Source: Vicinamibacterales bacterium (GTDB taxonomy: Bacteria > Acidobacteriota > Vicinamibacteria > Vicinamibacterales > UBA2999). From it: DNA of 64,000 nucleotides. Shown piece by piece: positions 1 through 8,252 of this stretch. The notes beneath the pieces are model-generated. The model was given only the letters and a program-made list of their open reading frames with translations. It was not told the DNA's origin and did not search any database. The position numbers and the translations under genes are program-made. Position 1 is the stretch's first letter. Each line of letters opens with the position of its first letter. The stretch is from assembly GCA_035711805.1 (NCBI GenBank), contig DASTBV010000055.1:380-64379 (forward strand). The letters run 5' to 3'.

Positions 1-154
1 TCCTGTCTGACTGCCCATTCGCGGATGTTCATGCGCAACCGTCCTCTCATTAGCTGTCATCGCCAGCCGGTGAAGTCCGGCCATGAGCGCGACAGCGATG
101 AGCCATCCTGCGCCTTTACAAGATCGATTCGCACAGGTGACGAGAGCGAAGAAC

Positions 155-841
155 CTAGCGGGTTTTTCTGGATGCGTCCCTGCGCTGTGATCGAACGCGG
201 GATTTGCGAATGGCATTGGACCCACGAGCGCCGCGCCGATCCTTCATCGGTAGCCACTCGTCATCTATCTTCACGTTCCACCAGCCGAGAGCGTTTCCCA
301 CGAGCGCAATGTTGCGATCTGCTTCGCGTGGGCGTAGCTTGCACGTCTTTGCAAAAAACTCCAGCAGTTCTTCGCGGGCCACAGACGTTGGGTCTGACGC
401 AAATGACTTACCGAAGGGAGTGAGCCTGGCAGCAACAGTTCTATTCAGGCGACCACTCTTTGTCGGAATGGCGGCGAGTGACTGGCGGGCACTCTTCAGG
501 TGGGGAATCGCAATCTGTTTGAAAATGCGTCCGATTAGCTCATTTCCTCGGCTGATTTTGGCCACGTAGTCGAGAACTTCGTCCACTGCGTCGAGAGCCT
601 TGGCAACCTTCCGGATAAGAACGCGGCGACTGGCTTCACCATGCTCTGCATCCACGCGCAGGTTCCGTTGTACGCCTGGGTATTCGCGCCACGTCCTGAA
701 CGCGGCATCATGACGTGCAACTAACCGGGTCAGTTTTTCCAGCGCAGCAGTGTCCAGCGACAGATCCATTTCCCGCAGGTGCGTGTAGATGCGGCCGTGT
801 TCAGCTGCAAACGGATCATCCAGTTCTACTTCTTGTTCCAC
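155..841 (-). CDS. hypothetical protein, no recognisable family
   Basis: 228-aa track ORF. It lies in a stretch that looks lower in G+C than the rest of the window. No motif recognised. Confidence 0.35.
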   Translation of the reverse strand: MEQEVELDDPFAAEHGRIYTHLREMDLSLDTAALEKLTRLVARHDAAFRTWREYPGVQRNLRVDAEHGEASRRVLIRKVAKALDAVDEVLDYVAKISRGNELIGRIFKQIAIPHLKSARQSLAAIPTKSGRLNRTVAARLTPFGKSFASDPTSVAREELLEFFAKTCKLRPREADRNIALVGNALGWWNVKIDDEWLPMKDRRGARGSNAIRKSRVRSQRRDASRKTR

Positions 842-1116
842 CTCCTGATTCTTCCTCGGATCGCAACCGTGATCACCCCGCCCGTCTATTTTTTGACCCC
901 GGTCGTTAACCTAATGGCCCGGAACTGGCGCAGGTTGCTGCCAAGTGTTTGACGGCTGGCCAGGGTGACGAAGGCGGCGTAGACAAGGGACGGACGGGGG
1001 TGACAACGCCCAGCGATAATCAAGCGCGTGCAGATGTTGGAAGCTGGAACTCGCCGGAACCGCAAGGGATGCTACAGTTACCGTATCTTCGCGCCCACCA
1101 GCAAGTGAGGCTGACC

Positions 1117-1599
1117 ATGAGTGGACAATCGCAAGGGTCGCTGAGCTTCGTCGAACGCACTCCTTGGGCCCGATATGCGTTTGTCGTCCTCCTGCTCGTC
1201 ATCGGCACAGTCGGCATTTCGTTGACATGGAATGATGCAGGTGCTTCGATCAGCCTCCTTCAGCACCGGATATTCCTGGCAGGTGTTGCCCTCGTGTGGG
1301 CAGTCGTTGCTGTCACGCTCGCCCTGGTTCCATGGTGGGGACAGGCGAGAACGTGGCTTATCGGCGCGCATCTGCTGATCATGGGGTCGTATATCGGCCT
1401 TGCCATTGCAACGACCAACTGGACCGGTTTGACCATGCGCGGATGGTGGCAGTTTTGGTGGGCGTATCCGTTGATAGCGGGACAGATTCAGCAGGTTCTA
1501 AAGCTCCTGCGTGTTCGACCAGATCCACAGGGGAGATCACCACGACTGGTCAGAACGTCCACGAATGCTCTGCCTGAAACCGGTGGATTGCATCCGTGA
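1117..1599 (+). CDS. hypothetical integral membrane protein (about 4 TM helices)
   Basis: Track ORF 949..1599 trimmed to the ATG at 1117, which is preceded by GAGG. Hydrophobic segments: AFVVLLLVIGTVGISL, IFLAGVALVWAVVAVTLALV, LIGAHLLIMGSYIGLAIA. Confidence 0.4.
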   Translation: MSGQSQGSLSFVERTPWARYAFVVLLLVIGTVGISLTWNDAGASISLLQHRIFLAGVALVWAVVAVTLALVPWWGQARTWLIGAHLLIMGSYIGLAIATTNWTGLTMRGWWQFWWAYPLIAGQIQQVLKLLRVRPDPQGRSPRLVRTSTNALPETGGLHP

Positions 1600-1703
1600 T
1601 CGAACGACAGTAGCATCGCCAGCGACAACATTATCTGTTAACCCGCTGGCGTATCCCGATTCGCTAAGCTGTTGATTCTGTTGGCCTCAATTCGATCCGC
1701 GCC

Positions 1704-1753
1704 ACACCTGACTTTTAATCAGGGTGTCCCGGGTTCGATCCCCGGGGGGCCCA
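1704..1753 (+). tRNA. partial tRNA-Lys(UUU): anticodon arm, variable loop, T arm and 3' acceptor strand only
   Basis: Anticodon arm CCTGA-CTTTTAA-TCAGG (anticodon TTT). T arm CCGGG-TTCGATC-CCCGG. 3' acceptor strand GGGGCCC plus A. The 25 nt upstream give no D arm and only imperfect acceptor pairing. Confidence 0.55.
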
Positions 1754-1958
1754 TACCATTTCAGATTTGAGATTGATGATCTGAGATTGAGTGGTCACCG
1801 CGGCCGCGCCGCGACCAGGTGACCTTCTGGCTTTTCTCGCCATAGCGGCGTAAGCCGCGTCCGCGGACGTCAAGCCTCTCCCGGTGGAGTCTTTGTCATA
1901 GACTGATCCTCGCACCGTAGCCTTTGGAGGCTTTCGCAAGAAGGCGAAGGAGCCGGGT

Positions 1959-2891
1959 ATGCGACCGCAGATAGTTCGCACTGTGTCCTGTGCAGCGCTC
2001 GCGTTTTGTGCCGCAGCCACCGTCCTCGCCCAAGTCGAGCAAGCGCTTTCATTTGACGTAGCCAGTGTCCGTCTCTCAGCTCCAACAACGAGACGGTCGC
2101 AACGCATCACGGACACACGGGTTGACCTGATCAGGATCGATCTGAGGCAGCTGCTATGGCTGGCATTCGAGATCGAGCCCCTGTGCTGCCGTGACCGGCT
2201 GGTCGCACCTGACTGGCTGCCCGGCGTCGCCGTCGACATCCAGGCCACCCTTCCGGCTGGTGGTACTCGCAAGCAGGTTCCCGGGATGTTGAGGTCGCTG
2301 CTGATGGAGCGATTGGGGCTTCGCACGCATGTAGAGCCTCGCCCTGCCGACGGCTACGAGCTCGTCGTCGGCGGCGGCGGAATGCGGATGCAGGAAGTCC
2401 AGCCCGCCAATGAGCTCGACAAGGATTTTTCGAGCGATGCCTCGAAGACTCTGAGCGACAGCGTGAATGAGACCGTAAACGGTCCCGTGAGGACCATGGG
2501 CATCACCCTTGGTATGAGAACGATCACGGACCGAACGATGTACGAAAGAAGATTCACGGCTCAGCGGACGCAACGGATCGAGGCCGCCCGCCTGACGATG
2601 GCCGAATTTGTTTCGATTCTGACGCAGAACACAGGTCGCCCGGTGCTCGACAGGACCGGATTGACGGGCCTCTATAGGTTCAGCATCGAACTCCCATCGG
2701 ATGCCTTTGTCGTGCCGGGACTTCTCGCCGCCGGAATCACCACGACTGTGCAAGGAACCCCTCTTACCGAACCGACAGGCGTGTCGACGGTCAAGGCCGT
2801 CGAAGAATTGGGGCTGAAACTGGAGCCACGACGCATGATGGTGGACACAATCGTGGTTGACAGGATCGAAAGAACTCCGACCGACAACTGA
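1959..2891 (+). CDS. TIGR03435-family secreted protein (Solibacter uncharacterised C-terminal domain)
   Basis: AAGGAG RBS and a signal peptide. Family motifs VLDRTGLTGLYRFSIELP and EELGLKLEPRRMMVDTIVVDRIERTPTDN. Confidence 0.85.
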   Translation: MRPQIVRTVSCAALAFCAAATVLAQVEQALSFDVASVRLSAPTTRRSQRITDTRVDLIRIDLRQLLWLAFEIEPLCCRDRLVAPDWLPGVAVDIQATLPAGGTRKQVPGMLRSLLMERLGLRTHVEPRPADGYELVVGGGGMRMQEVQPANELDKDFSSDASKTLSDSVNETVNGPVRTMGITLGMRTITDRTMYERRFTAQRTQRIEAARLTMAEFVSILTQNTGRPVLDRTGLTGLYRFSIELPSDAFVVPGLLAAGITTTVQGTPLTEPTGVSTVKAVEELGLKLEPRRMMVDTIVVDRIERTPTDN

Positions 2892-3058
2892 ACGTTGGTT
2901 AGGGGCCCCTACGACCCGTACCCAAGCGCCCGAGACCAAGCTGCACCCAACATCGACCGCCCGAGATCGTTCGCGGCGCTGTGTCACCACACGTACGGCA
3001 GTGGATGTCTTGCTGGCTGCCAACGGACAGAAGTACAAAGCGTGCCCGAGGTGAGCCG

Positions 3059-3274
3059 ATGCGTCGAATTCATGCGCTCCGCGGGCTGCTCATTGCCCTC
3101 GCGTACTTCGGGTTCGATCAGAAATGGACCGAGGCACAAACGCAAAACCAATGCGATCAATTCTGCGGTCAGTGTTACGCAATGCTGAAGGTGTATTGCT
3201 CGGAGTCTACGCCGTACTGTGACTGCGACCAGGGACACTGCTGGGGAACCGACCCGTATTGCACGGTGACCTGA
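3059..3274 (+). CDS. small secreted cysteine-rich peptide (71 aa, 8 Cys)
   Basis: Track ORF 2981..3274 trimmed to the ATG at 3059, preceded by GAGGTG. Hydrophobic N-terminus MRRIHALRGLLIALAYFGF. Cys pattern C-x3-C-x2-C-x7-C-x6-C-x-C-x4-C-x7-C. Locally lower G+C. Confidence 0.55.
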   Translation: MRRIHALRGLLIALAYFGFDQKWTEAQTQNQCDQFCGQCYAMLKVYCSESTPYCDCDQGHCWGTDPYCTVT

Positions 3275-3293
3275 CGAGCGCCTGATTCCACTG

Positions 3294-4193
3294 GTGACGT
3301 CGAGGGACATGCGTCATCTGCCCCTGTTCGTCAGCGGCATCGCCGCCCTGGCCGTCAGCATCCCGACCGACGGCCAGGTCCGCCTGCCCCCGGAGCCGCG
3401 CGGCGCCGATGTGTCCGGAGCCGCGTTCGACAGCGTGGTCGTCCGGGAAAATCGAGACAGGTCCGAATCGAACCCCCTGTCGCGCGCAACCATTGACGAT
3501 GCCGGCCGCTTCATCGCCGTGCGGGTCAACGTGCTGCAGCTCATCATCGCCGCGTACAGCACCAGAGTGGACCGCATCGTTGGTTACCCGGATTGGGCAC
3601 GACACGATCTCTTCGACATCAGTGCTCTTGCTCCAGAGCGCTTCAATCCCGGTTCGTCGCGTGGGATGTTGCGCGCACTATTGCGGGACCATTTCCGCAT
3701 TGTCGCCAAAAAGGAAAAGCGTACGGTGCCCGCGTATGCACTCGAGCGCGAGGAGCGAAACCAGCCGCTCGGTCGAGCGCTGCAGCCGGCAGCGGAGAAA
3801 TGCGATCAGCGGGATGTCGCGTCCAAGCCGCGGGCCGGAGTGCCGCCACGAGGCGGATGTGAAGGCGCCTCCGGCACCGGAATCAGCACGATATTCACCC
3901 GGCGGGCGCCGATTGGAGCGCTCATCGTGTTTCTCCAGATGGCGGTCGGCCGTCCCGTCGTCGATCGGACAGGGCTCGTGGGCCTCTACGACATCGACCT
4001 GAAATTCTCACCAGAGCCGGGGTCAGGCTTTCCGTTTGAATTGCCCGGCGTCCCTGATCAGGGCGGTGGCGTCTCGGTGTTTACGGCGGTGAAAGAACAG
4101 CTGGGCCTCATGTTGCGGCCTGTCACGACCGAGCTGGAGATGCTCGTCATCGAGCGCCTCGAACGGCCGCAGCTCGATCGGACCGTGCAGTAA
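3294..4193 (+). CDS. TIGR03435-family secreted protein
   Basis: Motifs VVDRTGLVGLYDIDLKF and VFTAVKEQLGLMLRPVTTELEMLVIERLERPQLD. Alternative ATG start at 3309. Confidence 0.85.
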   Translation: MTSRDMRHLPLFVSGIAALAVSIPTDGQVRLPPEPRGADVSGAAFDSVVVRENRDRSESNPLSRATIDDAGRFIAVRVNVLQLIIAAYSTRVDRIVGYPDWARHDLFDISALAPERFNPGSSRGMLRALLRDHFRIVAKKEKRTVPAYALEREERNQPLGRALQPAAEKCDQRDVASKPRAGVPPRGGCEGASGTGISTIFTRRAPIGALIVFLQMAVGRPVVDRTGLVGLYDIDLKFSPEPGSGFPFELPGVPDQGGGVSVFTAVKEQLGLMLRPVTTELEMLVIERLERPQLDRTVQ

Positions 4194-4643
4194 GGTGTCG
4201 ATAGAGTTCCTTCGAGTCGCGTCCTGTCATTCCGCGAGAGACGCGTCCTGCCCGAGCGACATTCCACGATCGCGAAGGTGCTGCTGCCCACGTTGCACAC
4301 AGAGTGTTTTTTCGCGCCGTTAGTGGTTCGGTTTCCGTCCAGGACGCGTTGACTCTCGTGGAGGAGGTGCCTAGGATCACGCGCGCTTCCTTCCGCATGA
4401 GAGCCGGCGATGATCGCTTGCGCGCACTCGCTATTCTTCAATCCCGATCCGCCGGGCTGGCGCGCCGTCGTCTCGGCGCGTGCGCGCGGCGGCGTCGAGA
4501 TCGCTGACGCATCGTCGCCGCGTCGACCGTTTCGATCGTCCGGCCGTTACAACCAATCCTTCTCTCGCCGCGCCGCCGTCGAGAGAATTTTCCCTCTGTT
4601 CAACAGGCAATTTGAGAGCTGCTTCTGAAGCAGGAGGCGACGC

Positions 4644-5507
4644 ATGGCCAACACAACTCCGAACCCGCCGGGAACTCCCGGAGCTCCCGGCACAGGCCCA
4701 ACACCCGGAACCCACGGAACAGTACCACCCGGAGCCCCCCCGGGGACGCCACATCCGCCGGCGCGCAGCTACCGCTATAGCGTCAAGTTCGTCTGCGGGA
4801 AGTGCGAGGGAAAGATTCTCGCGCGCGGCCACTACTTCACCGCCATCAACGTCCACAATCCGTCGCGGAAGCCGATCAAGATCCACAAGGTGATCTCGAC
4901 CGCGCTTCCCGGTGAAACGCCGGGCCACGTCGTGGATGCCGGCTGGTCCGAGCTTGGACCGCTCGAATCGTTCGAGATCGATTGCCCCGACGTGCACCGC
5001 CACGCGCGGCTGATGCCTGGATGCCTGGCCAAGGGTTTCGTGATTCTCACCAGCCGCACGCCGCTGGAGGTCGTCGCCGTATACACCGCCGCTGGCGCGG
5101 ACAAGGAAGTCGAAACTCTTCACACCGAGCGGGTGCCGCCGCTCGACATGGACGGCGACGAGGAGCTGCCGAATCTCGTTCCGCTGCCGCCGCATCCGCA
5201 GGGACGACAGCCGTTTCCAAGCGGCTTCTGCAAATCGCGCGTCGAGCTCGACGTCATCGTCCGCAATCTCGGACCAGGGGATGCGCCCGCGTCCACGCTG
5301 CGCGTCGAATTCCTCGATTGCAACCAGACAACCGACTTGCCCGTGAATCCGCTGCCGGCGAATCAGCAGGTGCTCGTTTCTGTCCCGGTCCCGACGAACT
5401 GCTGGCATGGCGAGATCCTTCGCTTCAAAATCACGGCAAATGCGCTGATGGCATTTCCTGAAACGGACATGTCGAACAACAGCGTCATGGGGCAATGTCA
5501 TCTGTGA
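4644..5507 (+). CDS. hypothetical protein: Pro/Gly-rich N-terminus, conserved-looking core, CARDB-like C-terminal domain
   Basis: AGGAGG RBS 6 nt before the ATG. N-terminus PNPPGTPGAPGTGPTPGT. Core YSVKFVCGKCEG...YFTAINVHNP. C-terminus LPNLVP...VELDVIVRNLGPGDAP...ETDMSNNS resembles CARDB. Confidence 0.6.
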   Translation: MANTTPNPPGTPGAPGTGPTPGTHGTVPPGAPPGTPHPPARSYRYSVKFVCGKCEGKILARGHYFTAINVHNPSRKPIKIHKVISTALPGETPGHVVDAGWSELGPLESFEIDCPDVHRHARLMPGCLAKGFVILTSRTPLEVVAVYTAAGADKEVETLHTERVPPLDMDGDEELPNLVPLPPHPQGRQPFPSGFCKSRVELDVIVRNLGPGDAPASTLRVEFLDCNQTTDLPVNPLPANQQVLVSVPVPTNCWHGEILRFKITANALMAFPETDMSNNSVMGQCHL

Positions 5508-5559
5508 GCTCGTGATGGAGTGACGGCAGCCGTCGATGACATGCCCGTGCGGTCGACGG

Positions 5560-5789
5560 CTGCGTCCGCGTACGAACTAGAGCATCTACCAGCGACCCGG
5601 ACTGGGCACGGCGCGATCGCTTCGACATCAACGCCCTGGCTCCGCAACGCTACGATCCCGGTTCACGAGGGCGGCGGCGTATCGGTGTTCACGGCTGCGA
5701 AGGAACAGCTGGGTCCGACGTTGAAACCGATCACGACAGAGATTGACGTGCTCGCCATCGAACGCCTGGAGCGCCCACGGTTCGACTGA
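5560..5789 (+). pseudogene. decayed TIGR03435 paralogue (internal deletion plus frame change)
   Basis: One frame reads DWARRDRFDINALAPQRYDPGSRG, matching DWARHDLFDISALAPERFNPGSSRG of 3294..4193. Another frame then continues directly as GGGVSVFTAAKEQLGPTLKPITTEIDVLAIERLERPRFD, which is the family C-terminus. Confidence 0.7.
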
Positions 5790-5805
5790 AGCTACGGCGC
5801 ACCCG

Positions 5806-5928
5806 TCAGGCGGGCCCGCTTGGATGGCTTCTCTGATCGCGCACCAGCACCACCGCTGCGTACACGACGACCACTAGGAGCGCAAAGGTTCCCGTATGGG
5901 TCGCGATGAAATCCAGCAGAGCCAGCAT
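5806..5928 (-). CDS. possible 40-aa membrane peptide
   Basis: ATG-started ORF MLALLDFIATHTGTFALLVVVVYAAVVLVRDQRSHPSGPA. It is below the ORF-track size cutoff and has no clear RBS. Confidence 0.2.
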   Translation of the reverse strand: MLALLDFIATHTGTFALLVVVVYAAVVLVRDQRSHPSGPA

Positions 5929-6151
5929 CACGACACTCCCCGTTATGGCAGGCGATGGCGTTCCTAGGATAACGATGAGTTCAGACGAACCTGCACAACT
6001 TCGAGCGGACTCGACGTGTCTTGATGTGACTCTTTGTGATCAGAATTGTAAAAACTGAGTCGGTAGTTACACGCTTCGCGGCAGAGGTTCGGGAAACCGC
6101 TCCATAGTTCAGCTGGCTCGGCTGGGCCTGCCGATTGCAATTGGGGCGGGC

Positions 6152-7237
6152 ATGGTAAGGCTCTTCACTGCCAGCGCGCTTCTCGTTGCCGTCGTTGGAT
6201 GCGGGGCAATCAGTTCGTCGGCGTTGCCGGGCATCTCGCAGGGGACGAAAGGCGCGGATTCTCGGGCGCGTGCGGATGCACTCGCACGAGCGCAGATCTG
6301 GTCACCGACGAACGTGCGTGCCATGGACATTCGGACCGGCCCGAAGGAGAAGGGCGCGTTCCCATTCCAGGCGACGGTGACGTGTGACTATTCGCCGAAG
6401 CAACTGGCGGGAGGCTCGCCCAAGTTCGCGTGCGTCGCCGGCGACGATGAGCTGAAGGTGAAGTTCGGCGGCAGCAACGCCGAGGTGTTCGGTGAAGTAG
6501 CGGCCACGCGGCTGATGTGGGCGCTGGGATTCGGCGCCGATCGCATGTACCCGGTGCGTGTCATCTGCCGCGGGTGCCCGTCCAGCCTCGGCGGCATCGC
6601 GCGCGAGAACAAGGAATTCCTGTTCGATCCGGCGACGATCGAACGGAAGATGCCGGGCCGCGAGTTCGAGCCCGACAGCTCCTGGTCCTGGACCGAGCTC
6701 GACACCGATGCGGTCCGCGGCGCGCCACGGGCGCACCGCGACGCACTGAAGCTCCTCGCGGTGTTCATGCAGCACACCGATACGAAGCCCCAGCAGCAGC
6801 GGCTGATGTGCCTGGACGCCGCGCCCGACGCCGAAGGCCCGACGGCCGTCTGCAAGAGCCCGTTCATGATGGTCAGCGACGTCGGCCTGACGTTCGGCAA
6901 GGCCAACTTCATGAACACCAACGGCAAGGGGATGAATTACGTGGCGTGGGCGGCAACTCCGATCTGGAAAGAAGGCGCGACCGGGTGCGTCGGCAATCTG
7001 CCCAAGTCATTCACCGGGACGCTGAAGGATCCGGTCATCAGCGAAGAGGGCCGCGCCTTTCTCGCAAACCTGCTGGGGCAGCTGTCCGATGCGCAGATAC
7101 GCGCCCTGTTCGAAGTGTCGCGCGTGACGCTGCGGCTGCGCGACCCGGCGAAGGCTCGTTCCGGCTTTGCGACGATCGACGAATGGACCGAGCTGTTCAA
7201 GGCCAAGCGCGCGGAGATTCTCGAACGCCGCTGCTGA
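6152..7237 (+). CDS. lipoprotein with protein-kinase-like motifs (unnamed family; paralogue of 32572..33738)
   Basis: Lipobox LLVAVVGC. Motifs KVKFG, EVAATRLMWALGF, LLAVFMQHTDTKPQQQ and MVSDVGLTFG. Several conserved Cys. Clear similarity to 32572..33738. Confidence 0.7.
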   Translation: MVRLFTASALLVAVVGCGAISSSALPGISQGTKGADSRARADALARAQIWSPTNVRAMDIRTGPKEKGAFPFQATVTCDYSPKQLAGGSPKFACVAGDDELKVKFGGSNAEVFGEVAATRLMWALGFGADRMYPVRVICRGCPSSLGGIARENKEFLFDPATIERKMPGREFEPDSSWSWTELDTDAVRGAPRAHRDALKLLAVFMQHTDTKPQQQRLMCLDAAPDAEGPTAVCKSPFMMVSDVGLTFGKANFMNTNGKGMNYVAWAATPIWKEGATGCVGNLPKSFTGTLKDPVISEEGRAFLANLLGQLSDAQIRALFEVSRVTLRLRDPAKARSGFATIDEWTELFKAKRAEILERRC

Positions 7238-8176
7238 ATGTTCGACGTCGATCCCGTCATCTGGCTGCAGTCGTGGGCGTCGCCTGCCTTGACCGCCGCG
7301 ATGAACGGGATCTCCACGCTTGGCTACACCCGCGCGTATGTCGCCATCGCCGCGCTGCTCGCGTTCGGGTTTCGCCTGCGCGCCGCCGTTCCTGTGCTGG
7401 TCCTTCTGGCGTTGAACGGCGCATTCACCGACATCGCCAAGACTTCCGCTTCTCTCGAGCGGCCTGACGCCGACACCCGCGTTCAGTCGCTGTCGCTCTG
7501 GGCATCGGAGCTGCGGCATCGCGACGCGGACACACCAACCGAGGTCGAGGACAGCTACGGGTTCCCCTCCGGCCATGTGAGCACGACGACGACGTTCGCC
7601 GTCGGGCTGGCGATGCTGCTCGGATGGCGGCGGCGTGGATGGGCGATGGCCATTGTCTGGATTGCGGCAATGGGCGTCTCGCGGATGTATCTCGGCCGCC
7701 ATTTTCTCGGCGATGTGATCGGCGGCGTGTTGGTTGGACTGGGCACCATCGCCGTGGCGTTTGCGGTGCTGAAGATCGCGCACCTCGTCCGCGAATCGCG
7801 CAAGCATCATCCCTGGCCGGCGCACCGCATCATGGCCGTCGCGATCGTCTTTGCCGCCGGCGCGCTGCTCGTCGGGTTGCCTGATGCCGGCGATGCCGGG
7901 CGTCTCCTGGGCACGGCCATTGGGGCGCTGTACCTCGTCCGCCATGATCTGTTCGAGCGTCAGGTCACGGTGACGGCGCGGGCCGTCCTGGTGATCTCGG
8001 CGGCGGCCGGGTTTGCCGGGGCCTGGGCGGTGATGTCTGCCGCGCTCGAACAGGCCTCGCCGGACAGCGTCAGCGCGTTGCGCCTGGCGGCGAGCGCACT
8101 GCCGAACGCCGCTCTCCTGATTGTTCCCGCGCTCGTTCCCGCGCGTCTGTACGCCGCGCGGGAGCAACAGGCGTGA
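7238..8176 (+). CDS. PAP2-family (type 2 phosphatidic acid phosphatase-like) membrane phosphatase
   Basis: All three PAP2 motifs are present: KTSASLERP (KX6RP), PSGH and SRMYLGRHFLGD (SRX5HX3D). The ATG directly abuts the stop of the upstream gene. Confidence 0.85.
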   Translation: MFDVDPVIWLQSWASPALTAAMNGISTLGYTRAYVAIAALLAFGFRLRAAVPVLVLLALNGAFTDIAKTSASLERPDADTRVQSLSLWASELRHRDADTPTEVEDSYGFPSGHVSTTTTFAVGLAMLLGWRRRGWAMAIVWIAAMGVSRMYLGRHFLGDVIGGVLVGLGTIAVAFAVLKIAHLVRESRKHHPWPAHRIMAVAIVFAAGALLVGLPDAGDAGRLLGTAIGALYLVRHDLFERQVTVTARAVLVISAAAGFAGAWAVMSAALEQASPDSVSALRLAASALPNAALLIVPALVPARLYAAREQQA

Positions 8177-8195
8177 TCGAGGCGCCCTTCTGTGG

Positions 8196-8238
8196 CGCGA
8201 ACCCTTCGAGTTCGCGAGGCGAGCGTGAAAGGCTCGCC
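8196..8238. terminator. two adjacent GC-rich hairpins between convergent genes
   Basis: GCGAAC-ccttcga-GTTCGC followed by GGCGAGC-gtgaaag-GCTCGCC. They sit between the PAP2 gene and the response regulator gene, which converge. Confidence 0.45.
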
Positions 8239-8252
8239 CCACGAAATCCGAG

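Noticed and set aside
1682-1758. Complete tRNA-Lys gene
   Set aside because: A 6/7 acceptor pairing with TGGCCTC (1682-1688) is possible. However, the intervening 15 nt cannot form a D stem, and the spacing is one nt short. It is treated as a partial copy pending tRNAscan-SE.
4431-5501. 356-aa minus-strand ORF competing with 4644..5507
   Set aside because: The plus-strand ORF has an AGGAGG RBS and domain-like sequence, whereas the minus product is Arg-rich. This call is less certain than the others and needs GC3 or codon analysis.
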